DNA of 64,000 nt from Octopus sinensis (Eukaryota), in assembly GCF_006345805.1 (NCBI RefSeq), contig NC_043004.1:9610001-9674000 (forward strand), written 5' to 3'. Positions 1 through 14,210 of this stretch are shown in pieces; positions within the stretch are counted from its first letter, which is position 1, and every line of letters starts with the position of its first letter. The position numbers and the translations under genes were made by a program. The notes under the pieces are model-generated. The model saw nothing but the letters and a program-made list of their open reading frames with translations. It made no database searches and had not been told where the DNA came from.

Positions 1-109
1 GTCAGTATGTTGTTAAAGTTTTCAGCCAGCTTTTTGTGCATTCTTGTTAGATATTTCAACCAGAAGTTGGGGATCTGGTCATGTCCAGGGGCCTTCCAGT
101 TGCTTAGTC
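1..109 (-). mobile_element. R4/Dong-like RLE LINE, 5'-truncated end (RT N-terminal region), continues beyond window start
   Basis: Reverse strand translates RLSNWKAPGHDQIPNFWLKYLTRMHKKLAENFNNIL, the KAPGxD..W.K RT domain-0 motif also seen in ORF 39264..40010; abuts (TTA)n at 110. Confidence 0.8.
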
Positions 110-208
<99 letters not shown>

Positions 209-230
209 GTTGTTGTTGTTGTTATTGTTA
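110..230. repeat. (TTA)n/(TTG)n microsatellite
   Basis: Direct reading. Confidence 0.97.
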
Positions 231-236
231 TTTAGA

Positions 237-620
237 CAATGAGGTGGAACAATCGTTAGCATGCCGGGTAAAATACGTCGCAGCATTTCGTCTGTCTTTA
301 CATTCTGACTTCCAGTTCGACTTTGCCTTTCACCCCTCAGCCTCAATAAACTGAGTACCAGTCAAAAACTGGGGTCAATGGAATCGCCTAGCGCTCTGCT
401 CTCAAATTTCAGGCCTTGTTCCTGTTGTAGAAAGTATTATTAACGCCGGGCAAAATACTTTGCGGTATTTCATCCGTCTTTACATTCTGAGCTCAAATTC
501 TGTCGAGGTCGACTTTGCCTTCCCTCCTTTCGGGGTCGATAAATTAAGTAGCCGCTGAGTACTGAAATTTCTGTAATAAATCTACTCCCTCTCCCAAAAT
601 TAATGACCTTGTGCCAGATT
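237..620 (+). mobile_element. Two tandem decayed copies of SINE family A
   Basis: cgttagc..cggg..aaatac..ttacattctgag.tcaaatt..gtcgactttgcctt..ggggtcgataaattaagta; matches the copy at 12697-12917. Confidence 0.8.
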
Positions 621-635
621 TGAAACCTTCATCAT

Positions 636-1159
636 CATGCAAGTCACCAAAGTGACAGTGCAGTACAAATATACGAAGCCCAGTATACTCATCGTGACTA
701 CCTGTACGATAAGGGTACACGCATCACAACTATATTTGCGCGACATAGGGATCTCATATCAAGATAAACAACTGGGGCCCAGTTAGAATTTTCTTCGGGT
801 GATGTAGCCCATCCCGCTCAAAAGGTCCCTGAATAAAGATTGTCTGAGGAGGTTGAACGAAACACCCATGTTTCCAAAAGGGAATTATACAAACCCCCAA
901 AGAATTCCTCTCAATACATGTTTATGCTGCTCCTTAACTACTTCTGCTCGTGATCAGAGATGCACATATTGTCAGCCACTGAGGGACATGCTCAACTGGT
1001 TACGGTCAAACAACTGACAAGCAAATCTGTGGTATTAAGCAGAATATTTGCTGTAGCCCATCTTTTATACCAAGACTAAACAATGTACATGATAACACTT
1101 TCAATCATTTGAGATCAGAAACCATGAGAGCCGGTGATGGTACTGCATCAAAGCATTTA
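636..1159 (-). mobile_element. ~520 bp non-coding interspersed element, copy 1 ((TAA)n-associated)
   Basis: Reverse complement aligns over its length with 33491-34026 (e.g. aaaaggtccctgaataa / ttattcagggaccttttga; gcagaatatttgctgt / acagcaaatattctgc). Confidence 0.85.
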
Positions 1160-1176
1160 CATTATTATTATTATTA

Positions 1177-1224
<48 letters not shown>

Positions 1225-1226
<2 letters not shown>

Positions 1227-2760
1227 GTTTGACTTTTCCTTTGTATTTGAATAAGTTGCCAACAATGAGAGACACCATGTTAGAAGTCCATGGTGGTGTT
1301 ATGTCTAAGGTGTCATATATCTGGTTTTGTACATAGTATTGTTCTAGAGAATGTTTAAGAAAACATAAGAATATTTTGAGTTTGTTTTAATATTTGAGAT
1401 TACATAGACAGTATTTTACGTAGGATATGGGCAGTTCTCATGAGCACTATTTCTTGAATTTCTGCCATTTTGAAGTTTCCTTGTATCTGAGTTAGGTAGC
1501 AATCAGCTTCTTTTGCTATCATTCTTGGGGCACCTATGACAACAGGTATTGTTTTAGCCTTGAGGTTCTACATTTTGCCAATTTCTATTTCAAGATCATT
1601 ATACTTGCTCAAATTTTGATAGATCTTGACAGGTACATTTATATCGATTGGGACAGTCATATCAATGGGGAAGCATGATTTTTGTCTGAATTTTTTCAAT
1701 ATAATGTCTGGCCTATTCGCATCTATCTTTCTGTCAGTTTGAACGGTGAAGTTCCAGAGGAGTGACATGTGATCATTTTCAAGCACTGGAGGTGGCTTGT
1801 GTTCCCACTAGTTTTTATCATGGGGTAGGTCCAGGCTTTTGCAAATTACCAAGTGAATATATTGTGCTGCTCTATCATGGCTGTGAAGATACTCTGTAGG
1901 CGCAAGAAAACTACACAGGAAGACAACATGATCGATGGTTTCATTTTGTTGACATACTCGACATGCTGGGAAGCTACCGTTCTTTAATATGTTGGCCTGG
2001 TAGTTTCTTGTAGGTAGGCATTGATCTTGGGCTGCTATGATGAGCCCTTCTATCTCTGATTTTAAACCAGAAGACACTAACCATCGAAGGTAAGGGTTTT
2101 GTCAAAATCGGCACTATTAGCTCTCTCGGGTATTCGCTATTGTATGGTTTTTCTTGCCATTTATCAGTAAGAATATCTAAGGCAGCAGTTTTAGCACAGG
2201 TTTTTCATACACTTAGCTTTTTTCTGTGCTAGTTTCTATTACGTCAAATTCTGGAATTTGTTGTATTTGGAATTCACTTAGCTATTCCTTTGCCTATTTT
2301 GTTAAAGAGTATGATGCTTTCTTGTTTTCATGCTTCGAGACAAGATTTAACATCCAGTTATCAGACTTTTTCAGGTAGGTGTCCTTTTTCAGGTAGGTGT
2401 CTAGGCCAATTGTGGCAATCTTCATTTTTAACTACAGTTGTAAAAGTCCACGGCCTCCCTCTTTTCTTGGCAGATAAAGTCATTCTATATCTGCCTTAGG
2501 TTAGTTCATTCTATGCATTGTCAACAATTTTCGCATTTTGCTGTCAAGATTACATATTTCAGTAATTGACCAGTTAATGGTGTTGAAACTGTAAGTCACG
2601 AATGGTGTGGCTAAAATATTGATCGCTTCGATCCTGTTTCTTGCATTCATCTCTGTCTTCAGTATTGCCCTTACCCTGCAATAACATTCTCATCTGATCC
2701 TTTCCCTAATCACTGAATGCTTGATTCCGTCCCCATCAAATACCTCTAGGTATTTGAAGC
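1225..2760 (-). mobile_element. R4/Dong-like RLE LINE, 5'-truncated, frameshifted
   Basis: FKYLEV (RT domain 7) at ~2755; ORF 1808..2077 IAAQDQ..CRVC..ETIDHV..C..HDR zinc knuckle; ORF 1568..1786 NRPDI..ID..KY.DL PD-(D/E)xK nuclease; flanked by (TTA)n and (CTA)n. Confidence 0.92.
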
Positions 2761-2768
2761 TACTACTA

Positions 2769-2802
<34 letters not shown>

Positions 2803-2809
2803 ATACTAA

Positions 2810-2882
<73 letters not shown>

Positions 2883-3716
2883 GTTGTTGTTGTTGTTATT
2901 GTTCTTATTATTATCATCATCATCGACACCATCATTATTGATGCCTTTATTATTATTACGTTTTATGTCATTTCTCTTCCTCTTTTAATCTTTCGCATTC
3001 TCCTATTCTTAATCTGTACTTATATTTTCTCTCTTTCTTTCTTTTTCTTTTTCTTTCTGCATATGCGCGCGTGACAGTGTGTGTGTGTGCGTGCGTGTGC
3101 CTATGCATCTGTGACTGTATCTATGCGTATTACCTATATATATATATATATACATACATACAAACATACATACATACATACATATATATATACATACATA
3201 CCATAAATATTATATATATATATATATATATATGCACGTACATTTGTATATGTGTAATTTTTACTGTCTCCACTGATTGTTTTATTAATATTGATTATAA
3301 ATTTGTTTTGGCTTTTGCGAATGATTGATGAGTGTATGTATGCATGTATGTATGTGTGTATGTATGTATGTATGTATGTATGTATGTATGTATATGTATG
3401 TATGTATGGATGGATGGATGGATGGATGGATGGATAGATGGATGGATAAGTGTTTATATGTGCGTCTGTGCCTATGTATGTGCGTATATATGTGCAGTGT
3501 CTCTATTGTTTTTCTTGCTTCTGTTATTGTTATCTCCAGAGTTTCTTTTTTTTTTCTGTTATTGTAAAGAATGATTGGCGTCTGTGGTTGTGGTCGTTGT
3601 TTTTTTTGTCGTTGTTGTTACTGTTATTGTTGTTGAAGGGGGAGATGGAAATGTTTTTGTTAGAAAATGTATGATATCGTGGCTCCGGTGGTTTTCTTCA
3701 TTTGTATGTAGATACG

Positions 3717-3747
<31 letters not shown>

Positions 3748-3957
3748 TTGTGTGATATGATCTGTGCTCGTTATTCTATATATGTGTGTGTATACCATTG
3801 TGGTTGAAAGGGGGGAACATTGGTGTCTATGTGATGATTATTATTTCTTTTTTTATTTGGCGGGGTGGAGTTGGTTTTCTTACAATGTTCGGTGTTCTTT
3901 TCCTGTATTATGTGTGTGTATATATATATATATATATATACGCATACACACACACAC

Positions 3958-3992
<35 letters not shown>

Positions 3993-4096
3993 CATGCATA
4001 TATACATCATACATATATATATGAATATATATATGTGTGTGTGTATGAATATATATACGTATAATATTGTCATTACTACTACTACTATTAATATAA

Positions 4097-4133
<37 letters not shown>

Positions 4134-4254
4134 GTTATTATTACTATTATTATTATTGTTATTATTATTATAATCATTAATATTATTATTAATATATTAT
4201 TTTATGATATATATATATATATATGTATACGATATCGTATATGTATGTGTATTA

Positions 4255-4285
<31 letters not shown>

Positions 4286-4313
4286 ATCATATTTATATAT
4301 ATACATATATATA

Positions 4314-4360
<47 letters not shown>

Positions 4361-4919
4361 TATATATATAATATATATGTGTGTGTGATATATATATATA
4401 TTTGATATATATACATGTACGTGCGTGTGTGTGTTGAGAGTATATATGTATGTGTTGTTTTTCTCTCTTATATTATGTTCTGCTGGCTAGCGTTTTAAAT
4501 TAATTCCGTGTTTTTATATTTTTGCGATTTTTGGAAAAGCTTCAGAGAGTGTTTTGGGAATTTCTTTTCTAAAAGAAGAATATTATTCCATTTGTTATTT
4601 TTGGCTTTTCTTCGTTGCTTCCTATGAGATTGTCAGTAAGATTTTATGTGGCATCAAGTCAAAAAAATATCCACTTGAGGAATAAATAGATAACAAGGGC
4701 AAATGTGTGTGCACATGTAGGCCATGGTTCATGGCTTGTTAAAAGAAATAAAATAAAAAAATATATGAGAGCAGAAACAAGAACAGCAACAACATAAATA
4801 AATAATAAATTTATGTTTTTAATTTGGCTCTTTAGCCTCTAGGAAACCCCCGATCAAGCACACCCATGGTCAAAAGAATTGTAATCATGCTCGCCATGGC
4901 TTCATGTATCATAATATAT

Positions 4920-4950
<31 letters not shown>

Positions 4951-4953
4951 TAT

Positions 4954-5008
<55 letters not shown>

Positions 5009-5294
5009 TAGATATGTATATACATATACATATATATATATGTCTGTATGTAAATATATATGTATATGTTTGCATGTATGTATGCATGCATATAATATAT
5101 ATCTATGTAAATATATATACCCATACATACATACACACACGCGCGCAAACACACATACACACACACTCACACATATATACTTTAAATGCATATACAATGT
5201 ATATATATAATATATATATACGTAAACATATATATGTATATACGCGCGCGCACACACAATCACACACAAACTCTCACACACGCACATATATACG

Positions 5295-5801
5295 CAAATC
5301 GAAAATATAAATAGGAAAAAAGAAAATAAAGTCAATTAGACGCAAAGTGAATGTATTAGACTTTAAACAAAAGGTGTGGAAATGACGTTTCGAGCATGAC
5401 TTTTCGTCAGAAAAATGAAAGATCCAGAGGAGTAAAAGAAGGAAGAAGCGGATAGCTTGGAGGAAAGTACCTGTGTCGTTAAATGGCCAAAAAATAACTC
5501 TCTGAAAGCTGGAGAGAGATAAAGTAAGTGATTTTTGAAGGCGGGTGAAAAAATAGCCATTGTGTGGGTGGAGTGGGACACTTGTGTGTATGGAGTATAT
5601 ATGTGTATATATGTATGTGTGTTTTTACGTATGTGTATATATGTATATATGTATGTATGTGTGCTTGCGTGTGTGTATGGGTATGTGTGTCGGTGTGGAT
5701 AAGAAGACTTTTGTACATGCTATGATTTGTAAACGTGTGTGTATGTATGTTTGCGCAGTAGTAGTAGTAGTGCAGCAGCAGCAGCAGCAGTAGTGCAGTA
5801 T

Positions 5802-5836
<35 letters not shown>

Positions 5837-5898
5837 TAGTAGTGTAGTAGTAGTAGTAGCAGCATAAGTATAGTCAGGTAGCACATAAGCCGAGCAGC

Positions 5899-5930
<32 letters not shown>

Positions 5931-5981
5931 CAGCAACAGTAGTAGTAGTAGCAGCATAAGCAGCAGTAGTAGTAGTAGTGT

Positions 5982-6037
<56 letters not shown>

Positions 6038-7680
6038 ATGTGTATGCTGTGTTGCGATGGAAGTGATGCATGTGTGTGGAAGATAAACGGAGAGAGAAAA
6101 AAGGCGGAAGAGCAGAAGAAAGGAAAATGAGGAGTGAGAAAATGAAAGTTGGAACCTGTTACAAGGAAGAGGTGGACTGTTAAGCCGAAACTTTATATGA
6201 GTTCGTAGGGTCAAAATGCACCACTGCTCATGGCGAAGTCTGATGATTCCGTGGTGTAAGGCCGGGCCAAAGGCAGTGAGGTGTTCGATAGAATGGTTGG
6301 TCGAATAGAAGCGACGGATGATAGGGATATCTCGTACATGTTCTGTAAATCTGTCGGGTAGATGGCTGCTTGACCACTTAGCATATAATGAGCCGCAAAG
6401 GGTACATTTGAGGCAACAGTTGAGACTAGAAGAAATGCAGCAGAAAGAGTCACGGGTGTGAATAGTGTGTTAGTTGGTTCCAGTGAGTGAGATGATGTTG
6501 GTGATCAACGGACAGGGGTGGTATCGGGGTCTGGAGCAAAGGAAGGAGCCAAGATAGGTGAGAGTTGGTGAGGGGATGGAGTTAAAGACCAGTGAGTCGA
6601 GTAAGTTTCGGGTGCATTTGAAGGTGGGGAGAGATGGGTTGGAGAAACAGGGAAAGTGATAGGCTACAAGTCGAAAGGTCCGTAGTATCTTCCGTCGAAG
6701 GGGAAGGTGTAGGGGTAAAATGGAGGGGAAGGAAATTTGGTTAGCAGACGGATGTGGGGAAGGGAAGCGGGCTGAGGTACGATCAGCTTGGCGGGCATGA
6801 GTAAGGGCGGTATGGACAAAGGTGGATGGGTATCCGGGACAAAATGAACAGATTGGTTAAATATTGAGACTGAGTCTCAAACTCCTTGTTGCAGTTGCGC
6901 CGACGTCGGAGGCAGAAGAATTGGGAGTAGGAGGTGGCCCGTTTAATGTGGGAGGAGTGAAAGGAGAAAAAGATCGAGGTAGAGGTGGGAGTTAGTATGG
7001 TTGAAGAAGGCGGAAGTGGTGAGAGAGTGATCGAGGGGCTCAGTAAAGAGAGGGGGAAAGAGAGAGAGAGAGAGAGAGAGACATATGTTCAGAAAGTTGA
7101 TAGTTGTGAGAGATGACAGGTGAACTCAAGAGACGGATAAAACATAGAAACGAAAAAGATGAAATTACTGAGTTGTTCACGAGAGAGGCAGGTTGCGCCA
7201 ATAAAGTGGTCTATGTACTGATAATGGGCTTGGTGGCAGTAGTGAGAGAGCAGAAGACGTGATTAGGTCCCGGATGATGGATCACGTGCGCTGCTAGCAT
7301 GAGCGAGTCTGATCGGGGGACAAGAGACGTTAGAGCGTGGTGTTACAAGGATGTCGGAACGCTTCTTTATGTAAAAGTAAACGCTGCACGTCACTACAAC
7401 TCCACCTTTGTCAGTTGATTTGATGACGATGTTGTCCTGGTGTGGAGAGCTGAGAATTCGGTATGGGGATGTTTAGAAGGCAGGATCTTTTCTTGAAATC
7501 GAAATGGTCAACTGACCTAGAGAAGGCGTCTACTTGAATGGACGACGACCCAGCACCGAGATTTAAGGCTGTGTAGATGTGTGGAAGATGGTGCGCAGTT
7601 TTGTGCGGCGTAGAAACTGACTGACATTCGTGCGGTCACTTTATTGCAGTGAAGTGCGAGAGGTACGAAGAAGGAGACCC
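5295..7680 (-). mobile_element. Decayed Penelope-like element (RT + GIY-YIG) with probable 3' pseudo-LTR, interrupted by microsatellites
   Basis: Minus-strand fragments DNIVIKSTDKGGVVV (~7400-7440), QYIDHFIGA (~7200), FYPSLEFT (~7130), NHTNSHLYLD..HSSHIKRATSYSQFFCLRRR (~6900-7020), HLPDRFTEHVRDI (~6340), RLRHEQWCILTLRT...LN (~6180-6240); hammerhead-like motif at 5383-5415. Confidence 0.82.
5383..5415 (-). ncRNA. Degenerate minimal hammerhead ribozyme motif
   Basis: Reverse complement ctgacga-aaagtcatgctc-gaaac-gtc; core intact, helices I and II eroded. Confidence 0.5.
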
Positions 7681-7682
7681 TA

Positions 7683-7755
<73 letters not shown>

Positions 7756-8760
7756 ATATGAGAAAATACAACTGGGACAAGAACGTAAAACATTTAGAAG
7801 ACGATACAAAAATCACGGACGGGACATTCGAAGCTTCAATCTTCAGTCAAGAACCGGATCATCCTCGCAATTTCGGCTGATTATCTTGACATCGCTCCGA
7901 TCCGGCCAGCCCCAAGGAAAAACTAAGCTACGAGCATTAGATTTCTTGGAAAAAGGATCGAATGTATACGAAACAAGGACAGAAAAACGGACGATGCCAC
8001 ACGAATATAAATACAAAAAACAATAATAGCAATAACAGGACAAAAACACATACATACATACATACATACATACATAATAGGTAGTCCCTAATCTAGCAGA
8101 ATTATGATCACTAAAGTACTTCTAAGAGTTACCATCCGACTTCTTATAATATCAAGGATTACATTGTCCAGTGTGTACATCCTTTTAGCACTCAGTAGAG
8201 GATAGTTTGAAAGGGTTTTAGCTGATATTTCTAACATAACGAATTACGGTGTCAGGATTCGTTTGTTGGACGTCAACTCTGCCTTTATCAAATAGACCTT
8301 TGCTCAAAGATGTTCCTACCATAACCATCTCGTCTTTTTTTACAATGTTCATTTTGTTTTTTTTGTTTTTTGTAAGATGTATCCTTGTCCTGAAATTATA
8401 TACTTGGGCGCATTTATTTGGACGCCAACAATTCGACACAGTTAACTGTGAATTCAGCCTGTTTTGGCGAAGCACCTTTCGGCACATACAAACACACAGA
8501 TGTGCGCCCCCCCCACACACACACACACAAGCACACACACATGTATGTGCCTTCGGTGTGTCGTATGTATGTCTCCAAACTGCCCCTGGTAGTGGCGCCT
8601 TAAGGCGGAGAACCACCTCTTAGCCACTGTTATTACTAGTTCTGCACAGACCCAGGGTAGTTAAACATGTAGGGTCCCAGCTTTGGGTTAACTAGGTGTC
8701 AAGGGCGCTAATTCTCTTTTGAACATCCTTCTAGGAGATGACAAGAGAGCATATATATAT

Positions 8761-8800
8761 AAGGATAATATTAATTAATATCCTAGAAACAGCTGTAAGA
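8761..8800 (+). ncRNA. 5'-truncated hammerhead remnant (helix II + GAAAC + palindromic helix III)
   Basis: ggata-atattaattaa-tatcc-ta-gaaac-agct-gta-agac; CUGANGA half replaced by (TA)n. Confidence 0.4.
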
Positions 8801-8896
8801 CCTTCTATCTATAAATGCTCTAATATCTATACAGCCTTGGTTTTTTTATCTCATTACGCAAAAAATTCATATATATATATATTATATATACATAGG

Positions 8897-8931
<35 letters not shown>

Positions 8932-8932
8932 C

Positions 8933-8964
<32 letters not shown>

Positions 8965-8983
8965 ATATATATATATGCATAAT

Positions 8984-9014
<31 letters not shown>

Positions 9015-10304
9015 AACGAAGGTTAGGAAGACGTCTACAAGTTCAAAAGTTGTCGATGAACAGAATGCTTAAAGGATCGAGTGTGATAGACCAGAGGGAA
9101 ATGGCGATGGCAGTGAGCTCCAGAGAGCAGCAGTTCCAGAAAAGTTACTCTTAGAATAAAAGAACTTATTTACTCACAAGACACTCAACAAAGAAACAAT
9201 GTAGATGGCAAGAGAAGTGGGTAACGCGTTCAAGATAGCGATTGAAGTGGAGTAGAGCAGAAATCTCATTAGAGCAATGACCATCTCTTACGAAATATTT
9301 TTTTTTTATTTCCTTCTCCCTTTCCTGATTTATTCCTTTACTTGTCTAAGGCCAATTGTTTCCAGGTACCTCGCAGTGGATCGAACTACAAACCCACAGC
9401 TTTCTACCTCTGCTGCGTCACTACGCCCCGCACCAATGTATCGCATACATGTCCGAAAGTCCTCCATATTTTTTACCCTTCCTTTCACGAGCCAACTGTA
9501 TATCAGTGATCTAATGAATGTGTCTGTCAAGCACACACACACACACACACAACACATACACACACACATGCACGCACGCGCGCGCGCACATTCTACAAAT
9601 AATATCTTTTATATATATACATATAACTGTATGTGCATTGGGGTGCAATTTTGATGACGTATATAAGCATACATACATAAATACATACATGAATACATTT
9701 CTATACACACAGACACACACACACAAACACACACAAATATATGCATACATACACGCCAACATTCATATACTCTCACATACACATGCGCACACAGTAACTC
9801 ACATAATATGAAACCGGTAAAATGCCATAATGGTGCTCGACAGTACCATTTTTCCCGTTGTGTATCCGGCGTTCCTGTTAACATTTATTCAGAGCTGCCA
9901 AAAAGCGCCTGCGCTGATGGCTCTTGAAGTGAATTAGCCGCCGGCACCAGATGTCGCACAACTTCTATTGCCGCCTTTCTCTCCTATTAATACAACGCAG
10001 CACCTTCTTCTACAAAGCTACACACAAACCATTGTTGACCGTTCCATGCGCTGCTTCCATAGTTTAGAGTTGTTTCAGTTTGATTTAAATGTTTCTTCTC
10101 TTTCAACAGTGACAGATATATAACAGGCAACGAGAAGATGCAAGAGGAACAGAAACAAAGAAGACGAACAGAAAGATGTAAAGTTTTTAAAAAAAAGAGA
10201 GAGAGAGAGAGAGAATATGTACAACTGAAGCAACAACTACAACAACCACGATGACAGCTACAAAAGCTTTTAAATTTCTACTTCTTATTTTAATAGTAAC
10301 GATA

Positions 10305-10372
10305 TATTTATATACATACATCGTACATACATGCATACATACATACATACATACATACATATAATATTATAC

Positions 10373-10437
<65 letters not shown>

Positions 10438-10519
10438 CATAATATATATACCTATATATATGTATATATATATACATATATATATGTATATATATGTATA
10501 TATATATATATATATTATG

Positions 10520-10550
<31 letters not shown>

Positions 10551-10573
10551 ATATATATGTATATGTATTTATA

Positions 10574-10630
<57 letters not shown>

Positions 10631-10775
10631 TATATATATTATATATATATATGAAAGTCAGGGAGGGAGGGAGGAGTGATTGTGTATAAATGTGTATTTG
10701 TATGTATGTTCATATGTATAAGTTTCTATGCATGCATCTAAGTGTGTGTTTGTGTATATGTTTGTGTGTGGTATT

Positions 10776-10807
<32 letters not shown>

Positions 10808-10866
10808 CGCATGCACACACATATATGTATGTATATGCGCACATACGTATAGATATATATATATAT

Positions 10867-10911
<45 letters not shown>

Positions 10912-10932
10912 GGTATGTATATGCGCACTACG

Positions 10933-10978
<46 letters not shown>

Positions 10979-10985
10979 TTTCATA
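10305..10985. repeat. Compound (TA)n/(TACA)n low-complexity tract
   Basis: Direct reading. Confidence 0.95.
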
Positions 10986-11719
10986 TAGATATGTGTGTGT
11001 GCGTGTGTGTGTGTATTTATGTATGTATTTATGCATCACCGACATTAATGAGTGGAAGACAGGGACGGTCGGTGTGGTACAGTGTTACACTACAATAGTT
11101 GGACCCTTCATAGCATCACAATCGAAAGGTATTTGTCAGTGGGAAGATAGTTTTGGCAGGCAAGCTTTGTAGTGTTTTTGTTTTTAACTACCTTTCAAAA
11201 TGGTCGCTTTTATTTCCATTGTCGATGAATGTCGGATCTTAATGGCGTAAATGAGTCTGAAGGTTTGTGGCGGGCGGGGTGGCGCTGGTGTTTCTTTGTT
11301 GCTTCCTTAACTACAAGATAACGATTCTTTCCTAAGTATAAAAGAAATAATCTAAATAGAATAATGCTCCTTCTTCGATAAAAATGGAATAAGTCTGGAC
11401 GCGACGGCTAATCAGAAATGGTTCTTGCTGGGATGGATGGCGAGGTTGTGAGATTTTGTGGCGAGAGGTTTTCGGATCTAATGCTTTAGCAGAGGCGCTT
11501 CATGTAGTGAAAGATTTACTGATACAACTGTATGATGCTAGATGTAGTTGATACAGTAAATGGGTTGTTGTTGTTGCTGTTGTTGTTGCGAGTGTATTAC
11601 TGGTTATACGATGGATGAGGTAAAACATGTGGTCGATGTGATGATGATGTGGTAATGTAATTAGAAGGTTTCTCATTTGATGGTGGGGGTCAGAAGGGAT
11701 TGTGGTATTATTAGGGGCT

Positions 11720-11930
11720 TTCTCAGCTGACAGTATGATTAGCACAACGCCGGCTCAGGGGAGGGGGAATGTCGATTATATCGACCCCCAGTCTTTGATT
11801 GCTACTTTTCGCTTCATTTTATCGACCCCGAAACGACAAATGGCAAAACTGATCCCTACGAAATTTTTTAATCAACACGCAAATGGCCGAAAGAAATGCC
11901 GCTAAGTCTTTTGTCCGGCGCATTAAGGCA
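11720..11930 (-). mobile_element. Decayed SINE family A copy
   Basis: gtcgattatatcgacccccagt..ttttatcgaccccgaaa..ggcaaa..aaatgccgctaag. Confidence 0.7.
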
Positions 11931-12214
11931 TCCAATGAGATTCTATTTATGGCGGGTGCAGTGTGGGGACCGGCATGCCAGAGAATAGACCCAGCGTTTC
12001 ATTTGCGACTCGTGAAAGGCGAATTAAAGAGATCGAAGTAGGATTTACACTTCGATCTTATGAAACTCTCACTATCAACGACTACTCAAAAACAGGGCCG
12101 TGTGCTGAAGGGTTGTTGTTGCTTGAGTGGTGCAAAAGTGTCATCCGCCAGGAGGAGTAAAGGGTCACCAACGAATGGTGGATGCAGCGAAGCGCTTTTA
12201 CAGCGCACGCTTCA

Positions 12215-12293
<79 letters not shown>

Positions 12294-12377
12294 ACTACTA
12301 CTGCTGCTGCTGCTACTACTACTGTTACTACTACTACTTCTACCACCACCACCATTACTACTACTACTACTACTACA
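12215..12377. repeat. (CTA)n/(CTG)n trinucleotide tract
   Basis: Direct reading. Confidence 0.95.
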
Positions 12378-12696
12378 GTGATGGTGCAGTGAGAGGGAAG
12401 TTAGTGTGAGATGTGGAAAGTGTTGATGCGGTGATGTTGTGAGAGACATGCCCTCCTAATCCTATGGTGGCCATGGTTTCTATGGTGTGACTTTAATTTA
12501 TACAGCTGAAAATATCTGATAGAGTTGAGGCTGGGATGCTGAGAGAGGTTTATTCATCTAATGATGTAGTTGTCGGTGGTGTAGTGGTGACGAAGTATTT
12601 GGAACCGCTCAACGACCTGTTATCTGGCGATGAGTTTAGATGTTGCTGATGTTGTTGATATCGGTTAATGGTATCAAACGGTTGCTTATGTGATAA

Positions 12697-12917
12697 GGCG
12701 GCGAGCTGGCAGAAGCGTTAGCACACAGGGCGAAATGCGTAGCCGTATTTCGTCTGCCGTTACGTTCTGAGTTCAAATTCCGCCGAGGTCGACTTTCCCT
12801 TTAAGTCGATAAATTAAGTACCAGTTACGCACTGGGGTCGATGTAATCGACTTAATCCGTTTGTCTCTCCTTGTTTGTCCCCTCTGTGTTTAGCCCCTTG
12901 TGGGTAGTAAAGAAATA
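12697..12917 (+). mobile_element. Full-length SINE family A copy with target-site duplication
   Basis: ggcggcgagctggcagaa head, B-box-like gagttcaaattcc, tail ..gccccttgtgggtagtaaagaaata; TSD ggttgcttatgtgataag(g) at 12680-12698 and 12918-12936. Confidence 0.93.
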
Positions 12918-13839
12918 GGTTGCTTATGTGATAAGGTGTGTGAGGCAGTGATATTGTGTAATCAAAAAAAGGTTGGGGGAACGCCGATCATTGCTGACCG
13001 CTCGATATTACGGGGAAGGGCTGGGCTTGTTTCGATATTTTTAATTCAGTCAAAGAAGAGGAAAAAGTTCCGAAAATAGAGGAATAATTAAATTCAAAGA
13101 GTGAAAGGAGAGAGTGAGAGAGAGAAAGAAAGAGAGAGAAAGCGAGAAAAAGAAAGATAGATAGATATATACATACATACATGCAGACAGACAGACATAG
13201 GGATAGATAGAGAAGTATATAGAGCTAGAGAGTCAGAGGAAGAGAGAGAGGGATGTATGTATGTAGGTGTGTAAAGAGATATGTAGGTAGGTAGGTAGGT
13301 AGGTAGGTATGTAGGTAGGTAGGTGAGAGGATGGGTTGTTGGTATCATAAAAATGGCTGCCGTATTTATTCTCTATCGTTCTTGAGTAAACTTATCTAAT
13401 TCTATGTCATTAGCCAGACTTCAATAATCGACCGTTGGTGTGTGAGGAACTTTGCATAGTTTCTTGAAGAACAAGGATCGAGAATTCAGTAAGAACAACA
13501 ACATCAATAAAACATCGATGAATAAGTTAAACAAAAACTTAAATCTGTTTGTCGCTCCATCTTTTCAGAAAAGGTGAAAGAAGACAAAACAATTTAGCAG
13601 TTCATTATGATTTAGCTTTAATTAGAAATATATGGAATTCAGTCGACTCGATTGGTCTCGTGTTTTCTATAGGTGTAAAGCTCCAACATTGTCGCAGAAT
13701 CGATAGGTTTTGGCACAGGTTTTCACCATGATTACCATGTTTGTTGCCGTTTCGAATCTTAATTTGACACGACAGTACACATTGGCCAATGTAAACGTTA
13801 TTTGTCCTATAAATGAATTTATGTATTGTTCTATGTTTT

Positions 13840-14210
13840 GTTCTTTTGTTCTTTTATTTCATTTATTGGACTGCAGCCATGCTGGATATATCCGGAGAGG
13901 ATTTAGTCGAACAAATTCACCACACTACTGTTTTAAATTCTGGTATACATTTTATCAATCTCTGTTTTTTCCAACCGCTCCGTTCCGGAATCGTAAGAAG
14001 CCTCCAGCTGTTGTCAAGGAGTTCAGAACAAAAAGAAACACAAAAACGCAGGGACAAACACGGCCACATTGTTACTCTCGTTCTCATATTGATATACATA
14101 TAGCGGGCTTTCATTCAGCTTCCGTCTCCTAAATTCCATCATAAGGCATTGGGAGAGTTCAGAACTATAGAAGAAGATATTTGGCCGAGACGCTGTTCAG
14201 AGAGACCGCA
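13840..14210 (-). mobile_element. Old SINE family C copy
   Basis: gactgcagccatgctgga..cagcttccgtct..aaattcc..aaggcattgg..ctatagaagaagatatttg; reverse of 57568-57957. Confidence 0.65.

Noticed and set aside
4440-4641. Possible exon ending at a gtaaga donor
   Set aside because: No ORF, acceptor or partner exon identifiable; motif too short.
7815-7900. ctgaaga..gaa motif on minus strand in an interspersed repeat
   Set aside because: Cannot build consistent helices I-III.
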